Positions 1 to 10,472 of a stretch of 64,000 nucleotides of DNA are shown in pieces. The DNA is taken from NCBI GenBank assembly GCA_965249485.1, contig OZ252239.1, positions 3,264,001 to 3,328,000 of the forward strand, written 5' to 3'. Position 1 is the stretch's first letter. Each line of letters starts with the position of its first letter. The notes beneath the pieces were generated by a model, which was given only the letters and a program-made list of their open reading frames with translations, was not told the origin of the DNA and searched no databases. The position numbers were made by a program, and so were the translations under genes. The DNA comes from a bacterium (GTDB lineage: Bacteria; SM23-31).

Positions 1-1
1 G

Positions 2-1813
2 CACCCTACAATGGAGAAAATTGACAAGACTCTTACTGCCTTTGTAAACCTGAGTGAGGAAGAGAAAAAGGTTAAGGACAAAGATGACCGAACTCCAACC
101 TCTATAGTGGTTCCAGTTTCTTATGCTTCCTTAGATACTCTGATGACCTTCACTTCCCTACTCTATCTTCAAGACCCTCTGTTTAAATACGAAGGTACAG
201 GCACAGAACCTAGTGATACTTTAGGAGCAATACTTCTTGAACTCGTAGTTCAGAGACAAGCCTATAAGACCAAGATGGCTCTTGACATTAATCCTATTCT
301 GAGGTCTGGTTTCTCCTATGGCTTTGGCTTCGGTGGTGTCTGGTGGAAAGAAGTTCATGGGATGAGAACGGTGAGGAAATCTAAGACAGGTAAGGATAAA
401 CTTATTGACTTCCTTTCTCAAAACTTCCCTCAGATACCAGAAACAAAGAATGAGAAGACTAGAGAGAAGGTTTTGAAGTATGAAGGTAATGAGATAGAAC
501 CTATTGACCCTTATCTCACACTCCTTGACCCTAATATCTCTATACATAAGTTTCAGAATGGGGAACTCTTTGGATGGATAAGTCCGACTAATGTGACTAC
601 TCTTTTAGAGCAGGAACAGTGGAATGACTCTCTCTTCAATGCCAAGTGGTTGCAACACTTTGATGCTAGGTCTACTCTTAATATGCAAGCCGGTGAGAAT
701 AGAGGAGGCTCCTTTGACTCTAATAGAGACTCCGCTAGAGTAGGCAGACCCTCCGACATCATAATAATGATGAAGACTATCACTCCTAATGATTGGTATG
801 ATGCAGAGAGTGGAAAGAAACTAGGAGATAGAAAGACTCCTGAGGATTGGATATTCACTATAGGTGGTGACCAAGTTATAATGATGGCAGAACCTATTGA
901 CTCTGACTATGGAGGGTTCCCTATAGCAGGAGCTTTTCCCAACTATGATGGTTTTAGTGCTGTTCCAGTGAGTCATCTTGAACTCATCTATGGGATGCAA
1001 GAAATTATGGATTGGCTTGTCCGGTCTAGAATGTCAAACGTACGGAAAGTAATCCACGACATGCTTGTTATAGACCCTTACCTCATCAACTATTGGGATG
1101 CTAAAAACCCTGGCTCTGGTAAACTTATCAAAGCGAGACCTCCTGCTAGAGGAAGAGGAATCCTTGATAAGGGAATCCATCAACTCAAGGTACAAGACGT
1201 TACAGCTAATCACATGAACGACATGGGTTATTGGAATAAGATGATTAAAGAAGTCCTTGCTACTACTGATGCTCTTGAGGGTATACCTAGAGACCATAGT
1301 GGAAGAGTTACTGCAACTGAGTTTGAAGGTACTAAGGTCTCAGCGGCGGCTAGGATAGAAAACTCTGCCTCATTAATAGGCTTACAACTTATGCAGGACT
1401 TAGCTGATATAATAGCTTCTAACACTCAACAGCACATGAGTGAAGAAGTCTATGCTAACACAGTTGGTGAGTGGGAACAAACCTTAAAGGAACAATATGG
1501 TGTAGGTGACAGAATCAAGGTCTCTCCTTTCGACATACTTATAGACTATGACGTAGTGAGTAAGAAAGCTACTCCTAAAGGAGGTCAGAGAATAGATGTC
1601 CTTGCTCAAGTTTTCCAAGCCATAGCAGGAAGCGAGACTTTACAGAGAGAATATGACATGGTTCGTATGGCAGGAGCATTGTTCACAGAGATGGGCTTCA
1701 AAGACATAAGTGCCTTCAAGAGGACTCCACAAGAAAGGCAAATCATCTCTGATGAACAAGCGGCTCAAGGAGCAAAGTTAGGTAACCTAGCACCAGTAGA
1801 GGAATTTGTATAA
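2..1813 (+). CDS. Phage portal protein (frame open from window edge, probably 5'-truncated)
   Basis: 600+ aa ORF first in the head module. C-terminal RVTATEF-like motif and overall pattern typical of P22/SU10-type portals. Confidence 0.8.
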   Translation, partial: HPTMEKIDKTLTAFVNLSEEEKKVKDKDDRTPTSIVVPVSYASLDTLMTFTSLLYLQDPLFKYEGTGTEPSDTLGAILLELVVQRQAYKTKMALDINPILRSGFSYGFGFGGVWWKEVHGMRTVRKSKTGKDKLIDFLSQNFPQIPETKNEKTREKVLKYEGNEIEPIDPYLTLLDPNISIHKFQNGELFGWISPTNVTTLLEQEQWNDSLFNAKWLQHFDARSTLNMQAGENRGGSFDSNRDSARVGRPSDIIIMMKTITPNDWYDAESGKKLGDRKTPEDWIFTIGGDQVIMMAEPIDSDYGGFPIAGAFPNYDGFSAVPVSHLELIYGMQEIMDWLVRSRMSNVRKVIHDMLVIDPYLINYWDAKNPGSGKLIKARPPARGRGILDKGIHQLKVQDVTANHMNDMGYWNKMIKEVLATTDALEGIPRDHSGRVTATEFEGTKVSAAARIENSASLIGLQLMQDLADIIASNTQQHMSEEVYANTVGEWEQTLKEQYGVGDRIKVSPFDILIDYDVVSKKATPKGGQRIDVLAQVFQAIAGSETLQREYDMVRMAGALFTEMGFKDISAFKRTPQERQIISDEQAAQGAKLGNLAPVEEFV

Positions 1814-2211
1814 TGGCTATAAGGAACATAGATGAAGAGATGAGACAAGAGCCTAAAAATCTCCAAGAAGATGATGCTATTAGAAAGGCTATGGATGAAC
1901 AAGATGAAGGTTTAGACCTTACTTCTCAAGAAGAAGCAGAAGCTATAAAAGGAGACCCTACAGAGCCTAGTGTCAAGGGGCTTAGTGGTAGAGAGCTTTA
2001 TGAACTACAGACTCATTCTCATCTCTGGAAAAGGTATGTAGAATGGTTAGAGTTTGAAGCTAAGATGATTCAAACAGCAGACCTTGATAATGATGACCCT
2101 CTTGTTACAGCAAAAGCTAAAGGTAAGGTGCTAGGACTGAGGACTGCTATGAGATTTCCACAAGAAGCAATACAGTTACTAAGAGATAAACAGCGTGAAG
2201 GAGAAATGTAA
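1813..2211 (+). CDS. Phage hypothetical protein downstream of portal
   Basis: 132 aa, TAATG-coupled at both ends. Confidence 0.8.
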   Translation: MAIRNIDEEMRQEPKNLQEDDAIRKAMDEQDEGLDLTSQEEAEAIKGDPTEPSVKGLSGRELYELQTHSHLWKRYVEWLEFEAKMIQTADLDNDDPLVTAKAKGKVLGLRTAMRFPQEAIQLLRDKQREGEM

Positions 2212-3008
2212 TGGCAGAAGTAGACGCAAGTGAAGTCTTGGATGATTTAGAGGAGGAAGAGGAAGAAACCTCTAAGGAAGAGGAGACTGAGGAGGAAGAA
2301 GTAGAAGACTCCGAAGAATCTGATGAAGAAGAGGAGGAAGAAGAACTCTCCGAAGAAGAACAAAAAGAGAAAGAAGAGAAAGCCGAGGAGGCAAAAAGAG
2401 ATACGGAAAGGACTGAGGACAGGGCAAGTCAGTTTAGGATGTTAGATGAACTGGATACTAGTCCTGAAATCGACCATACAGTTAAAGAACCGGAGGTAAT
2501 TAGCAAGCTAGAGTTTGATGAGATAGAGTATATCTCAGAGGATGACATGGCTAGTCTTGTTACTGCCGAAGGTTCATTGGATAGGGCTTCCTTGAATAAG
2601 ACTTTTAATAAAGTAGGAGTACAGGCTTTTAAGCAAGCTCTCAAAGCGTTACCGGCTGTATACTCAGCTTTAATGAAGGAGACTAGAGAGAATCAAGCAG
2701 AGGTTACTAAGTTCTATAAAAAACCTGAGAATGCCATACTTGCTCCTTATACGGACATTATGAGCAAACTAGTGGGAAAGATTAGAGCTAAAGACCCTAA
2801 CTTGACTGCCCTAGAAGCTCTCAATGAAGCGAGAACCAAGACGGTGACTCTCTTGGGACTTAAAGAGAAAGTTATCTCCTCTAGTAAAAAGTCAGGCAAG
2901 CAGAAAGGTAAACGACCTCCCTCAGGAAAAGGGAAAGGTAAAGCCTCTGGCAAGCCATCAAAACAGACTGCCCTCCAGAAGAGAATGGAAAGTGAACTTG
3001 GAATCTAG
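2211..3008 (+). CDS. Putative capsid scaffolding protein
   Basis: Highly acidic Glu-rich N-terminus and Lys/Gly-rich C-terminus; lies between portal and capsid. Confidence 0.65.
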   Translation: MAEVDASEVLDDLEEEEEETSKEEETEEEEVEDSEESDEEEEEEELSEEEQKEKEEKAEEAKRDTERTEDRASQFRMLDELDTSPEIDHTVKEPEVISKLEFDEIEYISEDDMASLVTAEGSLDRASLNKTFNKVGVQAFKQALKALPAVYSALMKETRENQAEVTKFYKKPENAILAPYTDIMSKLVGKIRAKDPNLTALEALNEARTKTVTLLGLKEKVISSSKKSGKQKGKRPPSGKGKGKASGKPSKQTALQKRMESELGI

Positions 3009-3016
3009 GAGGAAGT

Positions 3017-3358
3017 ATGTCATTACGACAAGGAGCGAAGGGATTAGTAGATGACCTTGTGAACACAGGGGATGCTACTCATATCTCTACCGCTTATACT
3101 GCTCTGAGGTCAGATAGGCTCATAATCGCAGATATGTCTTCTGCGGCTTATGCTCTTACTCTGCCCCCTGTAGCAGAAAGTGAAGGACAGGAATTGGTTA
3201 TTGAGGCTCCTGTAGGGAACACCAATACTTTGACTGTTCAAGATGCAGGAGACTGCATTAACGCTGTATCTGATACCACTGCTCACGATAGTGCAGGAAG
3301 TGTCAGCTTATGGAAAAGTACCGGTAGACAGTGGTTACTCATTGGAGCCGCCGCCTAA
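3017..3358 (+). CDS. Putative head decoration/minor virion protein
   Basis: AGGAGG RBS; Ala/Thr/Ser-rich with DMSSAAYALTLP motif resembling virion beta-rich proteins; next to capsid gene. Confidence 0.5.
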   Translation: MSLRQGAKGLVDDLVNTGDATHISTAYTALRSDRLIIADMSSAAYALTLPPVAESEGQELVIEAPVGNTNTLTVQDAGDCINAVSDTTAHDSAGSVSLWKSTGRQWLLIGAAA

Positions 3359-3418
3359 ACCCTAACCCTTTTTTCACTCTATAGGTGAAAATGTTCATCC
3401 TCTAACAGGAGAAGTATC

Positions 3419-4753
3419 GTGGAACAAGACTTAATAAAGCTCGGTATGGTAGGGTCAGGGCATTGGAGCACAGACCTTGGTGGGCAGAGACCTACCAACT
3501 ACAGGGAGAAAATCCTTGAACTGTCACCCAATGGCGATACCCCACTTACCGGAATGCTCAGTAAGCTCCCCTCAGAGAGTACTAATGATGTCAGGTATAA
3601 CTGGTTTTCAGAAAGTACTCCCAAACAGGGTGGAGCTATCACTAACATTTGGACTAATGCGGCTTTGGCTTCAGCCTATAGTACGACCTCAGGTCAGGCT
3701 GTTGACACCTCTGCTTTTGTTCAAGTATCAGAACTTGTAGCTGAGGAGTTTAGAGTAGGTCATTCAGCATTGTTGACCTCTACAGACTTCTCCTATATGG
3801 ACACTATGGTGAAAGTCACCAGTGTCTTGAAAAATGGAGCTAACTCTTATATAGGTATAAGGCTCCTTGAAGCAGATGATAATGGTTCGGCTAATACTAA
3901 GACTATTACCTCATGTGATTATATCTATGTAGCCGGAAATATCAATCCCGAAGGTGGAGGTACGCCGGATGGTATCATCTATGAACCTAGTGAGTTCTAC
4001 AATCTGACTCAGAACTTCCGTACTCCCTTTGTCATGTCAGGGGATGCTCTGGAAACTAAGCTTAGAACTGGAGATGCTCGCCAGAGGTATCGTAGGAGAC
4101 AACTCCTGCTTCATGGTCTGGAACAGGAATTTGCCTTCTTCTTCGGAATTAGGACTTCCAACACAGGCAGTAATAATCAGTTAGAGCGTACTACTATGGG
4201 TATAACGACCTTTATTAGAACGTATGCTTCGACTAATGAAGTTGACTACCGACTCTCAAGTACCTACCAAGGTCAGAAGTGGAGAGACAAAGGTGTTGAT
4301 TTCTTGGATGATATTGGTGAAGCAGGCTTTAAGTTCGGCTCAGAGGACAAAGTAGCCTTCACTGGCTCAGGTGCTCTGAAAGGTATCTCTCAGGCAATCA
4401 GGGATATGGGTGACTATAACATCAGCCAGCAGACCGTAGCCTATGGGTTGAATGTAAGAACCTTAACCGCACCACAGGGTACGCTTCATCTTCTGATTCA
4501 TCCTTTGTTTAATCACAGGACTATTGGGTATTACAACTCTCTTGTAATTATAGACCCTAGAAATTTGGTCTATAGGTACATGCAGAATAGAGATACCCGA
4601 CTTGTGAAGTTGAAAAATAACCCCGATGACCCTGATACCCTCGGTATTGATGGAATTATCGAGGAGTACAGAACGTCATGCGGTCTGGAACTCCATCATG
4701 CTGATACCTTCCATCTGTATCATGGTATTGGCTTAGATAACGTAGCTGCTTAG
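3419..4753 (+). CDS. Major capsid protein (SU10/DUF5309-like, HK97 fold)
   Basis: AGGAG RBS and GTG start. Motifs GDTPLT..L, YNWFSE, YNLTQNFRT, EQEFAFFFG, RTTMGI and EEYRT..GLE are typical of this MCP family. Confidence 0.85.
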   Translation: MEQDLIKLGMVGSGHWSTDLGGQRPTNYREKILELSPNGDTPLTGMLSKLPSESTNDVRYNWFSESTPKQGGAITNIWTNAALASAYSTTSGQAVDTSAFVQVSELVAEEFRVGHSALLTSTDFSYMDTMVKVTSVLKNGANSYIGIRLLEADDNGSANTKTITSCDYIYVAGNINPEGGGTPDGIIYEPSEFYNLTQNFRTPFVMSGDALETKLRTGDARQRYRRRQLLLHGLEQEFAFFFGIRTSNTGSNNQLERTTMGITTFIRTYASTNEVDYRLSSTYQGQKWRDKGVDFLDDIGEAGFKFGSEDKVAFTGSGALKGISQAIRDMGDYNISQQTVAYGLNVRTLTAPQGTLHLLIHPLFNHRTIGYYNSLVIIDPRNLVYRYMQNRDTRLVKLKNNPDDPDTLGIDGIIEEYRTSCGLELHHADTFHLYHGIGLDNVAA

Positions 4754-5347
4754 TTGGTAGGCGTTGTTCATGGTCAAGGAATGGAGATAATTGCCTCTGG
4801 TACTGCTACTCTAGAGAATGCCGCGTCATTTGGTGCTCTTAAGGGTAGTATAGATACCACTGAGACAGAGAGTTTTCAGCTTCTTGACATATAGTCATTT
4901 CCTCAAAGGATAGGGAGGGTTACTCCTTTACATTCTACTATTTTAGGAGTTGCATCAGACTCTCTAGAATTTGGTTTGATAGAGGAAATTAGGCTTGTTC
5001 ATCCTTTAAGCCTGTATGCTTGGTTAGATATAACTGGGCAGACTACCACAGGTAAACAGAGACGCTTTCGGGCACAGATAGCTACAAGTATGACAGGGAG
5101 TTTCTTTAATGCTACGGTATCAAGTCCTACTGTATTGGATAGTTGGACTGCTCCGAAAAACATTAGTGCTACTGCTTTAAATACTATGATAGTGACTCAA
5201 GGTACTAATGCTACTCTGTTCAGGAGAGAGTTTGAGATACCTGTAGGCAGGGCAGGCACGTTGAGGTTCTTTAACACTGCTGTAGACTCAGCAGGAGACG
5301 TAGTCAGTGGAACTTCAACAGTAAAGTGGATGCTTCATAGCACCTAG
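4754..5347 (+). CDS. Capsid-in-frame downstream ORF with internal TAG (readthrough extension or damaged gene)
   Basis: Same frame as MCP; protein-like from 4754; only interruption is TAG 4892-4894. The ORF track shows only 4976-5347. Confidence 0.55.
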
Positions 5348-5386
5348 TATAAACAGAGCAAACTATAAAGACTAGGAGGAATTGGT

Positions 5387-6151
5387 ATGAATTTAGGAGA
5401 GGTTCGTGCTCTCCTGATTGCAGAGTCAGGGAGGCGTGATTTAGTTAATGATGACGGCTCTAACTTCGGTGGGGCAGTTGCCACCTCTGGAGCTAATAGT
5501 GTCATAAATGAGACACAAAGGTTTCTAGATGGGAAAGTGTCCCACCTGAGGACTCCGCTATGGTATTTTCAAGAACTAACGGCTAGTGACTTTAAGATAG
5601 AGCTTTTGGACTGTACTACTATATTGAATGTCTTTGTAAATGACAGTAGAGGATTACATGAACTGACCTTGTTAGAGAACAATGAGATACTCACCGACTT
5701 TAACACTAGACCAATTAGTTCTATAAATACAGGTAGACCTAACAACTATCAAGACTTTCCCATAGGTCTTGCTCCAGTTACCTCTAACCTGTATACTAAT
5801 CAAACTGCCTTTGATGCGGCTATAAGTTATGAAGGCTCTAGAATAAAGTTCGGAGACCATCACAAATACAAGGGATTAATCATAATGCCTCCCTCTGATG
5901 GAGTCTATACTCTTGCAGTTAAGGGGAGGTTCAAAGCGAAGACACTTGCTCTTGATGCCGACCTGAGTTATTGGACTTCGGCAGAACCGTATACTCTTGT
6001 AGATGGATGTCGGGCAATCTTGGAGAAGAAAAGGAGAAACTTCTCTGGCTTTCAAGAATGGGAAGCTCAAGTGGAGACTTGGTTATTAAGTATAGAGAAT
6101 GAGAACTTAGACTCACAGCTAGAGAATGATAATGGTATTATGAATGGTTAG
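5387..6151 (+). CDS. Putative head-tail adaptor / tail tubular protein A
   Basis: AGGAGG RBS; 254 aa; position after the capsid; GRP..Y, I.PP.D..YTL and YWT patterns seen in podovirus adaptors. Confidence 0.6.
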   Translation: MNLGEVRALLIAESGRRDLVNDDGSNFGGAVATSGANSVINETQRFLDGKVSHLRTPLWYFQELTASDFKIELLDCTTILNVFVNDSRGLHELTLLENNEILTDFNTRPISSINTGRPNNYQDFPIGLAPVTSNLYTNQTAFDAAISYEGSRIKFGDHHKYKGLIIMPPSDGVYTLAVKGRFKAKTLALDADLSYWTSAEPYTLVDGCRAILEKKRRNFSGFQEWEAQVETWLLSIENENLDSQLENDNGIMNG

Positions 6152-6162
6152 GAGGTTTTAGA

Positions 6163-6771
6163 ATGGAGAAGAAGGACTATACTGCTGAGGGTAGAGCTGA
6201 GGCTCAAGTAGCTGATATACAAGCTGAGTGGACTCTCTACCAAAGCAAACATGAAGGAGGTATAGTAGAAGCGGCTAGGGTAAATAAGACCGGCTATGTG
6301 AAGACTGTGGAAGGAGAGCAGTTCGGAATTATAGGAGATATGGTCGTCAAGATGGAAGACGGTGAAGGTAATATGACCGGAATTACTCTCTACCCTCAAG
6401 CTACATTCAACCTCCACTTTATTAAAGGTAAGAGTCTCTTTATGGAACATACAGTTGAAAAGATTGAGGCTCTTCCTATAAGGACTGAACCTAAAACTGC
6501 TCCTGTAGTTGTAGAGGAGGTCAAGTTTCAGCCTAAACCTAAAACCTCTCTTACTGGAACAGACGTCACTCCTGTAGAAGACACTTCTACGAATAACTTC
6601 ACTCCTGTGGAAGATAGCTCTACCTCAGGTGTAGAAGAGGTGAAATATGAACCTCCAATTACTGAATCAGAGGAGGAAGCTCAGAAGACAGAAGAACCTC
6701 CTCCTTCACCTGTAGAGAAGATGCCTACTACTAAAAAGAAGAAATCAACCCCTAAAGTGAAGAAGAAGTAA
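6163..6771 (+). CDS. Phage hypothetical protein with low-complexity Pro/Glu/Thr/Lys tail
   Basis: 202 aa; internal repeats TPVEDTST/TPVEDSST and VEEVKF/VEEVKY. Confidence 0.7.
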   Translation: MEKKDYTAEGRAEAQVADIQAEWTLYQSKHEGGIVEAARVNKTGYVKTVEGEQFGIIGDMVVKMEDGEGNMTGITLYPQATFNLHFIKGKSLFMEHTVEKIEALPIRTEPKTAPVVVEEVKFQPKPKTSLTGTDVTPVEDTSTNNFTPVEDSSTSGVEEVKYEPPITESEEEAQKTEEPPPSPVEKMPTTKKKKSTPKVKKK

Positions 6772-8720
6772 TGGCTAGGGAATTTCCTGCTGACTTAAGT
6801 GATGCTTTACAGAAGGGTCTTCGCCCCGACTATCGTAGTGGAGCCAACAAGGACTTCCTCTACTCTCTTAAGAACGGTAAGCCTACTCCCTTCGGTCTCT
6901 CAGGACATACTAGGATAGAACAAGCTGTGAACATCACAGATAATGTCTTCCCCTTCCCTCAGTTATTCAGAGGTAGAGAGGTCACACTCCTTTGCTATGA
7001 GACCCTTATTTATACTGTAGATGAAAGTGATTGGAGTACTACACTCCTTACACTTTATGACGTAGATGACCCTAGCTTCACTACTGTGAAACTAGCAGAG
7101 GCAGGAGGAGCTTGGCACTTTCAGGACTTTGGCTCTGCTTGGGTACTCACTAATGGAGTCAGTACTATAATGAAGCTGAGTATAGAAGATGAGTATTTAG
7201 TCCAAGATACAGTTACAGTCAATACTGCTTGTGTCTATCATGGTCGGTCTATCATGGCAGGGTTTGACTCCGATAACTTTTGGAAGTCAACTTGGATAAC
7301 TCTCTTAGCTAATTATAGTAATGAGCTAGAGGCTACTGTGCAAGCTGTAGTTTTAGCTCACTCTATTCACAACAATTATGTCATGTGGAGTAACATAGGT
7401 GGTGGAGCAGGAGATTTGTTTTGGCTTCTGTTCCCCGACCTAGCAGATGATGGAACTATAGCTAACCATGTTTCTGCTCAGGGAACAGTTATACTCTTAG
7501 CTCTTCCTGTTCCGGGAGATTTTATCAATGTAAGGAATACAATTATAACCTTTGGAGTTGATGTCACTATAGGGAGTACTATCTCAGCTACAATAACTAA
7601 TCTCTCTAACTGGATACAGGCTAATCTTATTGATGCAACAGGTATAATTTCTGCTACAGAAGTTGTGGATAATGCTGTCAGACTCACCACCCCTTCTTTA
7701 TCCTCTTTTGGAAACAATGATGTTCTTGAAGCGGCTCAGATGGTCTCTGATGAGAGAGTAAGAATAGACACCTTTGGAGTTACTAGAAGTGGAACACTTT
7801 ACTCCTCTCACGGAAGTGCCTCTACTCCCCTTTGGCTTGAGCACCTTAATGAGAATGAAATGGGCTTCGCTCCTATGCCCTTCCAAGGTATGATACAGTC
7901 AGTAATGCCTATGGAGAAACCTTCTGGAGTCGGAGGAGGGATTGTGGTCTATGGCTCTAATGGTATTGCAGTAATGAGAGAAACTATGATAGAGGAGACT
8001 CTCAATACCTTTGGAGTTGACCTTGTGAGTAAAGTAGGTATTCCAGATAGAGGAGCCGTAGGAACTGCTGATAATGGTGAGGTTCATGTCTTTATAGGTA
8101 AAGATGGAATATTGAGGTCAATAGATAGTGACTTTAGAATTCAGACTTTAGGCTACAAGGAGTTCTTCTTTCCACTTGCTAACCCCGACTTAATTATAGC
8201 TAAATCGGACATAGCAGTGAATTATGAACCAGAGGAAGAAGAGTTCTTTATAAGTAATAATCAAGATTGTTATGTCCTCACAAAGAACGGTCTAGGTTCC
8301 TCTCCTCAGTTGGTAACCTCTCTTTATAACATAGAAGGTCTTATTGTAGGAATGTTTGATGAGAAGGATGAGAGCTTTCTAGAACTGACCTTTGATGAGC
8401 TAGATATGGGTTATAGGGGAGAGAAAACTATAGACACAGTTGAGGTCTCAGGTCGGTGGGAAAATGACCCTCATGTATGTGCCTTCTTCAAGTATGACCA
8501 AAAAGACGAATGGAGACAGACCTCATGGGTAAGAGTGAACTCTAGAGGTTCCGCTGTTGTGATGATTTCAGCCAACTACATAATGATTGGAGTTAGAGTC
8601 CATCCCTTTGAAGGGGCAGTCATTCACTCTGTCATGGCAAAATGGAAACGAGAAGACTTAAGAGATGTAAGAGGAGTCCAACCTCAAGCAGTGAGAATAG
8701 TGAATAGGGAGTTTGAATAA
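6771..8720 (+). CDS. Putative tail nozzle / tail tubular protein B
   Basis: 649 aa beta-rich protein between adaptor and ejection genes. Confidence 0.6.
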   Translation: MAREFPADLSDALQKGLRPDYRSGANKDFLYSLKNGKPTPFGLSGHTRIEQAVNITDNVFPFPQLFRGREVTLLCYETLIYTVDESDWSTTLLTLYDVDDPSFTTVKLAEAGGAWHFQDFGSAWVLTNGVSTIMKLSIEDEYLVQDTVTVNTACVYHGRSIMAGFDSDNFWKSTWITLLANYSNELEATVQAVVLAHSIHNNYVMWSNIGGGAGDLFWLLFPDLADDGTIANHVSAQGTVILLALPVPGDFINVRNTIITFGVDVTIGSTISATITNLSNWIQANLIDATGIISATEVVDNAVRLTTPSLSSFGNNDVLEAAQMVSDERVRIDTFGVTRSGTLYSSHGSASTPLWLEHLNENEMGFAPMPFQGMIQSVMPMEKPSGVGGGIVVYGSNGIAVMRETMIEETLNTFGVDLVSKVGIPDRGAVGTADNGEVHVFIGKDGILRSIDSDFRIQTLGYKEFFFPLANPDLIIAKSDIAVNYEPEEEEFFISNNQDCYVLTKNGLGSSPQLVTSLYNIEGLIVGMFDEKDESFLELTFDELDMGYRGEKTIDTVEVSGRWENDPHVCAFFKYDQKDEWRQTSWVRVNSRGSAVVMISANYIMIGVRVHPFEGAVIHSVMAKWKREDLRDVRGVQPQAVRIVNREFE

Positions 8721-9154
8721 TGCTTTTAAAATTACTACCTAGTCAAGTAGCAGAAATGTGGGGAGAGATAGAATTTAGCATTAGGATGAGCCTCCCTCCT
8801 ATGTCTAATGGTCGGAGGTTAAACTATGCCAAGACTTTAGAAACTGCTCTTATAGGGGACTTAGAAGTATGGGTAATGTACTATGGAGAGAAGATTGTAG
8901 CTATAGCTACTACTATGCTTACCCATGAACCGACTAGTAAGGAGAAACACCTTCTTATCTATTCCCTTGCTAGTATCACTGATGAAATAATTCCTGATGA
9001 ACTTTGGGTAGATGGCTATGAGACCTTAAAGACCTATGCTAAAGGGAATGGGTGTAAATACCTTAATGCCTTCTCTATGAATCCGAAGATTCTGGAATTG
9101 GTTAAGAAGGTCGGTGGAGATAGCCGTTATCACTATATAACTTTGGAGGTTTAA
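8720..9154 (+). CDS. Small virion assembly protein, possible GNAT-like fold
   Basis: Syntenic position after the nozzle; AKGNGCKYL segment resembles the GNAT-like proteins found here in podoviruses. Confidence 0.45.
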   Translation: MLLKLLPSQVAEMWGEIEFSIRMSLPPMSNGRRLNYAKTLETALIGDLEVWVMYYGEKIVAIATTMLTHEPTSKEKHLLIYSLASITDEIIPDELWVDGYETLKTYAKGNGCKYLNAFSMNPKILELVKKVGGDSRYHYITLEV

Positions 9155-9155
9155 T

Positions 9156-10472
9156 ATGGGTGGAGGAGGAGCTACTTCTCAAGAGCCTGTAGGTTTTCCT
9201 GCTTTCTTTCAGCAACAGATGATGGGTCTCAATATGTTTGATGTTGATACCGGATCTTGGCTTCCTGCTAATGACCAAGAAGTATATTCTGGAGGTTTGT
9301 TAGCAGAGCTAAGTGTTACTACTGGAGCCTTTCAAGCAGACCCTCCTACTAATGTTTTTGCTGAGGCTGTGAACGCACCTAAAGACCCTTCGACAAGGAT
9401 ACTTAAAGTAGAGCAGAGTGCTCTTGATTTTGAAACAGAGTCAGACAGGTTGGATGCGGAAGTTGATTGGTCAAGTGCCTTTGATAAAGCTGTTGAGAAG
9501 GATAGTAGCTTTACTCCTCTAGACCCCAACCTAGATATACACACAGCTACAACAGGTATTCTAGCCAAGGCTCTTACTAGAGTTGGGGAGATGAATACCT
9601 CTCTTCTCTCTAATGCTGACACCTCAACTGATACTCAAATAGATACAATCATAACTAAGTCCTCCTCTATATCAACTACCATTATGGATAATGCTATTGT
9701 AGAAGCTCTGAGTGTCCTTCAACAGCAACCTACGAGACAAGCCGTAGAAGCTTTTGAGGATAGAGCTAGGAGAAGACTCAGTAGGAAGTTTTCTAGGTTT
9801 AGAGGTCAGATGGCTCTTGTGAATGCTGTCAATACTAGTGGTTTTATTTTAGGGAATGCCTCTTTAGAGAATGAACTTGATAGAAGTGTAGTAGACTATG
9901 ATGCTCAGGTCTCCCTTACACTTTATAATCAAGTTGTTAATGTCTATGCAGAAGTACACAGGCTTATGTCAGGAGTTTATCAGAGTCTTCTACAATATCT
10001 AGATGGAAGACAAGTTGAGTCCTATAAGCAGATTTTCATTTCTGAGCTTCGTTCTCTCTGGCAAGCTAAGATGGTTAATGAAGATGCAAAGTTTACTCAC
10101 TATCGTCAGGCCGTCCAGACCATGACTTCTGCTCTTATGCAAGGTGTTACCCTTAAAGGTCATAGTGCACAGGTAGAGATAGAAGGTGAAAAGCTTGCTA
10201 TAATTGCTGAGAAGGAATATCAAGAAGACCTCTTAAATGTCGCTCACATGCGTGTAGACTTCCGACTTGATAGAGCACAAAAAGGAGCTAACATAGTAGC
10301 CTCTGGTTTTGGAGGTACAATGACATCCTCAGCTCCTCTGTCAAAGTCACAGTCTGCTCTAGGTGGAGCCTTTGCAGGAGCTGCTATAGGTACGCAAATA
10401 GCTCCAGGGATAGGCACAGCTATAGGGGTAGGAATTGGTGGATTAGCAGGATTACTTTCAGGAGGAAATTAA
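9156..10472 (+). CDS. Putative internal virion/ejection protein
   Basis: MGGGG start, helical body, C-terminal glycine zipper GGAFAGAAIG..GIGTAIGVGIGGLAGLL. Confidence 0.65.
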   Translation: MGGGGATSQEPVGFPAFFQQQMMGLNMFDVDTGSWLPANDQEVYSGGLLAELSVTTGAFQADPPTNVFAEAVNAPKDPSTRILKVEQSALDFETESDRLDAEVDWSSAFDKAVEKDSSFTPLDPNLDIHTATTGILAKALTRVGEMNTSLLSNADTSTDTQIDTIITKSSSISTTIMDNAIVEALSVLQQQPTRQAVEAFEDRARRRLSRKFSRFRGQMALVNAVNTSGFILGNASLENELDRSVVDYDAQVSLTLYNQVVNVYAEVHRLMSGVYQSLLQYLDGRQVESYKQIFISELRSLWQAKMVNEDAKFTHYRQAVQTMTSALMQGVTLKGHSAQVEIEGEKLAIIAEKEYQEDLLNVAHMRVDFRLDRAQKGANIVASGFGGTMTSSAPLSKSQSALGGAFAGAAIGTQIAPGIGTAIGVGIGGLAGLLSGGN

